From: an uncultured Candidatus Rokubacteria bacterium
GTDB lineage: Bacteria > Methylomirabilota > Methylomirabilia > Rokubacteriales > CSP1-6
Direction: 5' to 3'
DNA length: 11,205 nucleotides
Assembly: GCA_963762145.1 (NCBI GenBank)
Contig: CAVXJS010000024.1
Location: 1-11,205 of the forward strand
Each line of letters opens with the position of its first letter. Positions within the stretch are counted from its first letter, which is position 1. This document shows positions 1 to 6,361 of this stretch, piece after piece. Below the pieces are notes generated by a model. That model made no database searches. It was not told where the DNA came from and worked only from the letters and a program-made list of their open reading frames with translations. Both the position numbers and the translations under genes were made by a program.

Positions 1-211
1 TGTCCTCGAAAACCCACTGCATCGTATCGTAGCCCTGCTCCTTGGCGCGCGTCTCCTTGCTCGGCGCGCCGTAGCGCGCGCGCACCTGGTCGATCGTGGT
101 GATGCCGGGCTCGATGCCCCCCCACTCCTCGGCCGCCACGCCCGCCGGCGCCACGAGCAGTCCCGCGACCGCAAGTCCGGCCAGGAGCGCACGCACGCGC
201 CCGGTAGCCAT
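1..211 (-). CDS. Exported hypothetical protein, N-terminal part (runs off the left edge)
   Basis: Not in the ORF track; read by hand. The ATG at 211-209 overlaps the GGT stop (TGATG). Translation MATGRVRALLAGLAVAGLLVAPAGVAA|EEWGGIEPGITTIDQVRARYGAPSKETRAKEQGYDTMQWVFED... has a basic N-region, a hydrophobic core and a VAA cleavage-like site (Sec signal peptide). The frame is open to the edge. Confidence 0.8.
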   Translation of the reverse strand, partial: MATGRVRALLAGLAVAGLLVAPAGVAAEEWGGIEPGITTIDQVRARYGAPSKETRAKEQGYDTMQWVFED

Positions 212-1806
212 CAGAAGCCTATCGCGGCGCCGTCGCCGCGGGGGTCCGCTCCGCCGCGCAGCGTGCCGCCGGTGAGCGTGATGCCGTGCGCGTGGCCCAT
301 CCGCATGAAGAAGTCGGACACCGGCGTGACCTTGTGGCCCATGCGGCCGAGCGCCTCGCGGGTCGCCGCGGGCACGCGGCTCTCGATCCGCACCTGGTCC
401 ACGACGTCGCCCGGATCGATGGGCCCGGCCACGAAGCGCGGCCGCTCGATGGCCTCCTGGATCTCCAGGCCGTAGTCGAGCACGTTGGTGAGCGACTGCG
501 CGTGGAACATCGCCTGGCCGTCGCCGCCCATGTTCGAGTAGCCCAGCACCGGCTCATCGCCCTTCGTGACCACGGAGGCGATCAGGGTGTGGAACGGCCG
601 CTTGCCGGGCGCGAAGCAGTTCGGGTGCGTGGGATCGGTGTTGAAGTAGGCGCCGCGGTTCTGCAGCACGACGCCGGTGTCCGGCGCGACCACGACCGAG
701 CCGAACGATTTGTAGAGGCTCTGGATCACGCTCATGATGTTCCCCTGCCCGTCCGCGACCACGAATCCGGTGGTGTCGCCGTCGATCGGGCCCCAGCAGT
801 GGTCCTGGGCGCGCACCGGATCGAACGCCCGCCGCCGTTTCTCCGCGAAGCGCTTGCTCAGCAGGACCTCGACCGGCACCCGCTCGTGCGCCGGATCGGC
901 GACCCAGCGGTTCCGGTCGGCGTAGGCCAGCTTGGTCATCTCGATCAGCAGGTGCAGATGCTCGGGCGAGTGGATCTCATGGCGCGTGAGGTCGAAGCCC
1001 TCGAGCAGGTTCAGCGTCAGCAGCGCGGCGAGGCCCTGCGTGGGCGGCGGCGTCTCGTACACCGTGTAACCGTGATAGGTGGTCGAGATCGGCTCGCCCC
1101 ACTCGCCGTCGTGCGCGGCCAGATCCTCCGCGGTGAGAAAGCCCTCGCCGGCCATGCGGTCCGCGATCGCGCGCGCCACGCGCCCCTTGTAGAAGAGCTC
1201 GGGCTCGCCGCCCAGCTCGGTCAGCGTGCGTGCAAGGTCGGGCTGGCGAAAGCGGTCGCCGGTCTGCGGGAACTTGCCGCCGGGCACGAAGACGCGGTGC
1301 CATTCCGGATCGTCCGCGGCGGGCGCCTTCTCGCGGATGGCCTGCGCGACCACGTCGGAGAGCGGGAATCCCTCGCCCGCGTAGTGGATCGCCGGCTCGA
1401 GGAGCGACGCCAGCGGGCGCGTGCCGAAGCGATCGAGCAGCATGCGCCAGCCTCGCGTCGCGCCGGGCACCGACACCGAGCCGGGGCCCATTCCCGGCAC
1501 CGTGGTGAGGCCGCGTCGCCCGAGCTCGTCGAGCGTGGCGCGCGCGCCCGACCGGCCCGCGCCGCCCAGGAAGTGCACGCGCTTCGTGGCCGCCTCGCGG
1601 TAGAGGCAGAAGATGTCGCCGCCCACCCCGCAGAAGTTGGGCTGGGTGACCGCGAGGACGGCGTTGGTGGCGATGGCGGCGTCCACCACGTTGCCACCCG
1701 ACTTCAGCACGTCCACGCCCGCCAGCGCGGCGAGGGGGTGGCACGCGGCCACCATGCCGCGGTGGCCCATGGGCGCCTGGCGATGCGCGTAACCGATCTG
1801 AGGCAT
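211..1806 (-). CDS. ggt: Gamma-glutamyltransferase family protein (Ntn hydrolase), cytoplasmic YwrD/HpxW-like type
   Basis: 531 aa with family motifs GGNVVDAAIA, GVGGD, VSVPG, PPPTQG, the autocleavage nucleophile GD-T345-TGFVVAD, LQNRG, PGKRPFHT, NMGG and C-terminal GGADPRGDG. No signal peptide. SD-like GGAGGG lies 5 nt upstream of the ATG. Confidence 0.93.
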   Translation of the reverse strand: MPQIGYAHRQAPMGHRGMVAACHPLAALAGVDVLKSGGNVVDAAIATNAVLAVTQPNFCGVGGDIFCLYREAATKRVHFLGGAGRSGARATLDELGRRGLTTVPGMGPGSVSVPGATRGWRMLLDRFGTRPLASLLEPAIHYAGEGFPLSDVVAQAIREKAPAADDPEWHRVFVPGGKFPQTGDRFRQPDLARTLTELGGEPELFYKGRVARAIADRMAGEGFLTAEDLAAHDGEWGEPISTTYHGYTVYETPPPTQGLAALLTLNLLEGFDLTRHEIHSPEHLHLLIEMTKLAYADRNRWVADPAHERVPVEVLLSKRFAEKRRRAFDPVRAQDHCWGPIDGDTTGFVVADGQGNIMSVIQSLYKSFGSVVVAPDTGVVLQNRGAYFNTDPTHPNCFAPGKRPFHTLIASVVTKGDEPVLGYSNMGGDGQAMFHAQSLTNVLDYGLEIQEAIERPRFVAGPIDPGDVVDQVRIESRVPAATREALGRMGHKVTPVSDFFMRMGHAHGITLTGGTLRGGADPRGDGAAIGF

Positions 1807-1807
1807 C

Positions 1808-2827
1808 CTAGCCCTCCGAGAAGATGCGGGTGATCTGGTCCTGCGGGAACGTGGGCATGGGACGCGCGTGGCCCCCGCTCGCGAGGCTCACGCCCTGCGA
1901 GGCCGGGGTGACGCGGCCGATCGCGGTGCAGTCCACCCCGACCCCGCGGCAGGCCGCGATCACACTCGCGGCGTCGGCCGGATCCACCGCGAGCAGCAGG
2001 GAGCCCGAGGCGATCGTCCCGAGTGGGTCGAGACCGAAAGCTTCGCACAGCACGCGGCCCTCGCGCAGCACCGGGATGCGCTCGCGATCCACGAGGAGCC
2101 CCACGTCGGCGGCCTGGGCCAGCTCCCAGCACGCGGTGGCCACGCCACCTTCGGTCGGGTCGTGCATCGCGTGCACCCGCGCCGCCGCGCAGGCGGCCCG
2201 CGCCTCCGGCACCACGCTGATCCCGGGGTCGCGCAGGAAATCGCGCGCGCGCTTCACCACGTCGGCCGGAACCCCGCGCCGCTCGGCCTCCGCCGCGCTC
2301 TCGCGTGCGATGATCGCCGCGCCCTCGAGCGGCACGCCCTTGGTCAGGAGCAGCACGTCGCCCGGCCGCGCCCCGCCGGTGGTCACCAGGCGATCCTTCT
2401 CCACCTCGCCCAGCATGCAGCCGGAGACGATCGGCCGCGCGAGCCCCGCGGTCACCTCCGTGTGTCCGCCGACGAGCGCCACGCCCAGCTCCGTGCAGGC
2501 CTCGCGCAGCTCGGTGAAGAGTCGCTCGACGCCGAGCTCGGTCGCGCGGCCCTCGGGCAGCAGGACGGTGGCGAGAAACCAGAGCGGCCGGGCACCGCGC
2601 ACCGCGAGGTCGTTCGCGTTGACGTGCAGCGCGTACCAGCCGAGCTCGTCCGTCGCGAACGTGATCGGATCGGCGGTCGCGATCAGGTAGCGATCGCCGA
2701 TGTCGAGCACGGCCGCGTCCTCGCCGACCTGCGGTCCCACGATCACGCGCGGATCGTCGGAGGCGTGCGCGCTCAGCAGGCGCTGGAGGAGCTGCGGCGG
2801 CAGCTTGCCGACCGGCAGGGTTGGCAT
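1808..2827 (-). CDS. AIR synthase (PurM)-like ATP-binding protein of unknown function
   Basis: Motifs GKLP, VIVGPxxGEDAAV, ADPITF, HVNANDLAVRGA, GGHTEVT, PGDVLLLTKG and AMHDPTEGG. I place the start at ATG 2827 (MPTLPVGKLP, 339 aa) rather than 2926 because the family N-terminus begins there and the extension crosses an AT-rich -10-like box. It has no C-terminal PRIC Cys (HypE) and no N-terminal Cys/Sec motif (SelD). Confidence 0.88.
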   Translation of the reverse strand: MPTLPVGKLPPQLLQRLLSAHASDDPRVIVGPQVGEDAAVLDIGDRYLIATADPITFATDELGWYALHVNANDLAVRGARPLWFLATVLLPEGRATELGVERLFTELREACTELGVALVGGHTEVTAGLARPIVSGCMLGEVEKDRLVTTGGARPGDVLLLTKGVPLEGAAIIARESAAEAERRGVPADVVKRARDFLRDPGISVVPEARAACAAARVHAMHDPTEGGVATACWELAQAADVGLLVDRERIPVLREGRVLCEAFGLDPLGTIASGSLLLAVDPADAASVIAACRGVGVDCTAIGRVTPASQGVSLASGGHARPMPTFPQDQITRIFSEG

Positions 2828-2836
2828 GGCCCACGT

Positions 2837-2854
2837 AGTATATAGCAATAATTT
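2837..2854 (-). promoter_or_regulatory. Putative sigma-70 (extended) -10 element for the PurM-like/ggt operon
   Basis: The minus strand reads AAATTATTGCTATATACT-acgtgggcc-ATG, an AT-rich island in GC-rich DNA. TATACT lies at 2842-2837, 9 nt before the ATG, with no SD in between. Confidence 0.6.
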
Positions 2855-3011
2855 CGCGAGGATGGGCCGGTGGCGGGCTCTAAGATCGGCCACCCGGTCG
2901 CCGCCCTCGGCGCCCATCGGACGCATCCCCGGATCGCACTTTTCGTCCGTTCCAGGCGGCGACTCGTCACCGCGGGGCGCCGACGCGAAATCCTGTGCCC
3001 ATAACCACGCC

Positions 3012-3024
3012 TAAGCACTTGATC
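3012..3024. promoter_or_regulatory. Putative IHF binding site upstream of the sigma-54 promoter
   Basis: TAAGCACTTGATC; the reverse complement GATCAAGTGCTTA matches WATCAANNNNTTR except at the first base. It lies about -65 to -53 from the predicted TSS, a typical position at sigma-54 promoters. Confidence 0.55.
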
Positions 3025-3050
3025 TGGAAGCAAGTTGCTGCCTCGAGGGC

Positions 3051-3066
3051 TGGCACTCAGCTTGCT
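3051..3066 (+). promoter_or_regulatory. Sigma-54 (RpoN) -24/-12 promoter
   Basis: TGGCAC-tcagc-TTGCT is an exact match to TGGCAC-N5-TTGCW (GG at 3052-3053, GC at 3064-3065). It lies directly upstream of a pilin-like gene and predicts a TSS near 3077. Confidence 0.8.
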
Positions 3067-3076
3067 CCTTGTGCAT

Positions 3077-3097
3077 GGACCCGACGGCGTCGGGTCC
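3077..3097 (+). other. Perfect inverted repeat (9-bp stem, 3-nt loop) at the predicted transcript 5' end
   Basis: GGACCCGAC-GGC-GTCGGGTCC, followed by GAAAAAC and the ATG at 3105. Confidence 0.7.
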
Positions 3098-3104
3098 GAA
3101 AAAC

Positions 3105-3652
3105 ATGAGTGCCTCGTGGATCGTGGACACCGCTCGAGGACGGCATTCCTGCCGAGGCCCGTGGTCCAGGCGTGTCGGCCGGTGCCTTCGCCTGCTCGGG
3201 AGGCACGCGACCAGCCAGCGGGGCTTGAGCCTCATCGAGCTGCTGATCATCGTGGCGTTCATCGCGACGCTCGCGACGATCGCGCTCCTCTTCTTCTCCG
3301 ACGTGACCGAGCAGACCAGGGTCGCCCGGGCCATCGCCGACCTCGCGACCATCGGCGGTGAGATCGACACGTTCGAGTACATGAACGATCGGCTACCCAA
3401 CGGCCTCGCCGAGATCGGACGCGCCGGGTTCAAGGACCCGTGGGGGAACGCGTACGTGTACAGTCGTTCGCCGCGACTCCGCAGGGCCACTGGCGAAAGG
3501 ACCACAACCTGGTCCCGATCAACTCGAGCTTCGATCTCTTCAGCAACGGCAAGGACGGCCAGAGCAGTCCCCCGCTGACCGCGTCCCACAGTCGGGACGA
3601 CATCGTTCGCGCCAACGACGGCAACTTCATCGGGCTCGCCTCCCGCTACTGA
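3105..3652 (+). CDS. Prepilin-type (GspG-like pseudopilin / type IV pilin) protein, split by a 1-nt frameshift at ~3461
   Basis: Class III signal QRG|LSLIELLIIVAFIATLATIA (cleavage at 3224/3225, Glu at +5) and the GspG-type motif DPWGNAYVY. The frame of ORF 3440..3652 then continues QSFAATPQGHWRKDHNLVPINSSFDLFSNGKDG...RDDIVRANDGNFIGLASRY, containing the GspG-like FDLFSxGxDG...DDI motif. One added base (TAC [C]AG TCG) joins the halves into ~182 aa. The start codon is uncertain; ATG 3105 gives a 40-aa Arg-rich leader. Confidence 0.85.
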
Positions 3653-3668
3653 GCCGGACACCCTCGCG

Positions 3669-6326
3669 ATGAAGCCAGACCTCCGCGTGTTCACCAGCCG
3701 GGTAGCCCGTCGGACCTTCGTGCTGTTCGTCACCTGCGCGCTCCTCCCGGTCTCGGTCCTCGCGATCCTCGCCTTCCGGCAGGTGACGTCCGAACTGCAC
3801 GAGCAGAGCCAGCGACAGCTCCAGCAGGCGAGCAAGTCGGTCGCGATGAACCTGCTCCAGCGCCTGCTCGCCGCCGAGGCCGCCATCGGGTCAACGGCCG
3901 AGCGGGCCGATGCGGTCCGCGGCGCCGAGCTCGAGCGGCCCGTCACCGGCGTGCTCCTGGCCGTCGGGGACCGCGAGCCTCGCCTGCTCGCCGGAGAGCT
4001 GGACCGGCTCCCGACCCTGACGCCCCAGCAGCAGGCCCGCCTGGCCATCGGAAAGACCGTGCTGTCGACCGAGCGCAACACGGAAGGTCGCGTCCGCTTC
4101 TTCGTGAGCCGGGCGCTGGATCGGGCGCATCCCGCACGCGGGATCCTGCACGGTGCTGTCAATCCCAGCTACCTCTGGACCATCCAGGACGAGGCCGGGC
4201 TGCAGCCGGGCGTCAAGCTGATCGTCCTGGACGAATCGGGCCATCTGCTGTTCTCGTCCTTCGGCGCGGCTCGGCCACTCCCCGAGTCGGTGACGCGGCG
4301 GGCGGACCAGCGCACCGCGGGACACTTCGAGTGGAACGACGGCCCCGTCGAGTACATCGCGACGCACTGGTCTCTGTTTCTTCAGTCCACCTTCTCCATA
4401 CCACGATGGACGATCGTCCTGAACCAGCCCAAGGCCACCGTCCTGGCCCCGATCGCCCGCTTCACCCGCACGTTCCTCCTCGTCGCGCTCCTCACGGTGC
4501 TGATGGTCCTCCTCCTGAGCGTGCGCCAGATCCGGAAGAGCTTGACGCCCCTCGAGCGGCTCCAGGAGGGCACGCGTCGCCTCGCGACGGGCGACCTCGA
4601 GACCCGGGTCGAGGTCGCCAGCCGCGATGAGTTCGAGGATCTCGCCACCTCGTTCAACCGGATGGCGGGGCAGCTCGGACGGCAGTTCGATGCCCTGGCC
4701 ATGCGTCGGGAGCTTGGCGCCGCGCTGAACGCCAGCCACCCGCTCCCCGAGAGTCTCACCGCGTGCGCGGAGATCGTGAGACGCCATCTGGATCTGGCGA
4801 TGGTGGGAGTCTGGATCGTCGGGACCGACGAGGAGACCCTCGAGCTGCGGGCGAGCGCGGTCGCTCCGGGGCGAGCGATAGACGCCTCACGGATCCCGAT
4901 GAACGACCCCGAGCTCGGTCGGCTCGTCCGGCAAGGGCGGCCATACACCGCCATCTCGCTGGCGAAGGATCTCCCCGAGCCCGCGCTCGAATGGGCTGTC
5001 ACCGAAGGGCTGGAGGCGCTGGTGAGCCAGCCCCTCCTGGTGGACGACCGGCTGGTCGGCATCGTGGCCTCCCTCGCGAGCCACGAGCTCGACGACATGG
5101 CCCTGAGCGGCTTCGGAGCCGCCGCGGGTGACATCGCCCGACAGATCGATCGGCGCCGCGTCGCGGAGGCGCTCCAGGAGAGCGAGGTGCAGCTTCGCCA
5201 GCTCCAGAAGATGGAGGCGGTCGGGCGCCTCGCGGGAGGGATCGCGCACGATTTCAACAACCTCCTGACCGTCATCCTGGGTCGCAGCCGCCTGCTGCTC
5301 GACGCCATGACGGCCGACCATCCGCATCGCCGCTCCGTCAAGAGCATCGACGATACCGCGGAGCGCGCGGCGGTGCTGACCCGACAGCTACTGGCGTTCA
5401 CCCGGAAGCAGGTACTCGATCCCGCGGTCCTGGACCTCAACGAGGTGGTCACCGGCATGACCGACCTCCTTCAGCGGCTGATTGGCGAGCAGGTCGAGCT
5501 GACGGTCGTGCCGGGCGGGAGCCTCGGCCGGGTGAAGGTGGACCGTGGACAGATCGAGCAGGTGATCGTGAACCTCGTGGTCAACGCCCGCGACGCGATG
5601 CCCGACGGGGGACGGATCACCATCGAGACATCCGCGGTCGAGACGAGCGAGACGGACGCCAGCGAGGGGCGCTCCGGGTCGCATGTCCGGGTCGCGGTGA
5701 CCGACACCGGGACCGGCATGGACGCCCACACCCGGGCCCGGATCTTCGAGCCTTTCTTCACGACCAAGGAGCCCGGCAAGGGGACGGGCCTCGGTCTGGC
5801 GACCGTCTACGGGATCGTCCGGCAGAGCGGCGGTACCATCGAGGTCGACAGCGAGCCGGGGGTCGGCACCACCTTCACCATCGCCCTTCCCACGGTCGAG
5901 GACGTGCAGACTGCGGCCGAGGAGTCGACCGCTCCGGTCAGAGGGGGCACCGAGACGGTGCTCGTGGTCGAGGACGAGGCGGAGGTCCGCGACCTCGTCC
6001 GCGCGGTGCTCGCCGACTACGGCTATTGCGCCCTGAGCGTCGGCCGGCCGAGCGAGGCCCTGGAGCTGGCCGCGCGACATCCAGACCCCATCCACCTGCT
6101 GGTCACCGACATGGTGATGCCCGAGATGGGCGGGCCCGCGCTCGCCCGGAACCTGCTCGCGGAGCGTCCGGAGACCGCGATCCTGTTCATGTCGGGGTAC
6201 ACCGACCACGCCGTCACCGACGGTCCGCCCTTCCTGCAGAAACCGTTCACGCCGGAGACCATCGGACGGACCGTGCGCGCGGCGCTGGATACCGTGACAC
6301 AGGCGCCCGCCCAGGCCGTTCGCTAA
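3669..6326 (+). CDS. Membrane-bound hybrid sensor histidine kinase/response regulator (TM-extracytoplasmic sensor-TM-HAMP-GAF-HisKA-HATPase_c-REC)
   Basis: 885 aa. Two hydrophobic segments flank a ~230-aa Cache-like region. Then HAMP ([17 protein letters not shown]...[13 protein letters not shown]), a GAF-like region ([12 protein letters not shown]), H-box GIAH527DFNNLL, N box [11 protein letters not shown]1 DTGTGM, F box [10 protein letters not shown]2 GTGLGL, and a receiver (VEDE, TD814MVMP, SGY, KPF). Confidence 0.95.
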   Translation: MKPDLRVFTSRVARRTFVLFVTCALLPVSVLAILAFRQVTSELHEQSQRQLQQASKSVAMNLLQRLLAAEAAIGSTAERADAVRGAELERPVTGVLLAVGDREPRLLAGELDRLPTLTPQQQARLAIGKTVLSTERNTEGRVRFFVSRALDRAHPARGILHGAVNPSYLWTIQDEAGLQPGVKLIVLDESGHLLFSSFGAARPLPESVTRRADQRTAGHFEWNDGPVEYIATHWSLFLQSTFSIPRWTIVLNQPKATVLAPIARFTRTFLLVALLTVLMVLLLSVRQIRKSLTPLERLQEGTRRLATGDLETRVEVASRDEFEDLATSFNRMAGQLGRQFDALAMRRELGAALNASHPLPESLTACAEIVRRHLDLAMVGVWIVGTDEETLELRASAVAPGRAIDASRIPMNDPELGRLVRQGRPYTAISLAKDLPEPALEWAVTEGLEALVSQPLLVDDRLVGIVASLASHELDDMALSGFGAAAGDIARQIDRRRVAEALQESEVQLRQLQKMEAVGRLAGGIAHDFNNLLTVILGRSRLLLDAMTADHPHRRSVKSIDDTAERAAVLTRQLLAFTRKQVLDPAVLDLNEVVTGMTDLLQRLIGEQVELTVVPGGSLGRVKVDRGQIEQVIVNLVVNARDAMPDGGRITIETSAVETSETDASEGRSGSHVRVAVTDTGTGMDAHTRARIFEPFFTTKEPGKGTGLGLATVYGIVRQSGGTIEVDSEPGVGTTFTIALPTVEDVQTAAEESTAPVRGGTETVLVVEDEAEVRDLVRAVLADYGYCALSVGRPSEALELAARHPDPIHLLVTDMVMPEMGGPALARNLLAERPETAILFMSGYTDHAVTDGPPFLQKPFTPETIGRTVRAALDTVTQAPAQAVR

Positions 6327-6361
6327 CTCCTTCGCCTAACTCTTAAAATTCCTGAAGACAG

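Noticed and set aside
286-1833. 515-aa plus-strand ORF antisense to ggt (and similar ORFs 1824..2690, 1868..2845, 6881..7999, 7942..9384, 4382..5458, 3011..4162)
   Set aside because: These are shadow frames of high-GC genes with low-complexity or codon-mirror composition and no recognisable motifs, and they overlap well-supported genes.
1808-2827. Annotation as hypE, selD or thiL
   Set aside because: There is no C-terminal PRIC cysteine, no N-terminal Cys/Sec-x-x-Lys motif, and no hydrogenase, selenium or thiamine context. Only the shared PurM fold is supported.
3025-3039. Second sigma-54-like box TGGAAGCAAGTTGCT
   Set aside because: The GG-to-GC spacing is one base short of the strict sigma-54 requirement.
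3077-3103. Hairpin as an intrinsic terminator
   Set aside because: The A-run is 3' of the stem on the plus strand, so neither strand has a U-tract after the hairpin.
3105-3652. Naming the pilin gspG or pilA
   Set aside because: It has GspG-like motifs but a different C-terminal tail and no secretion or pilus genes nearby, so orthology cannot be supported.
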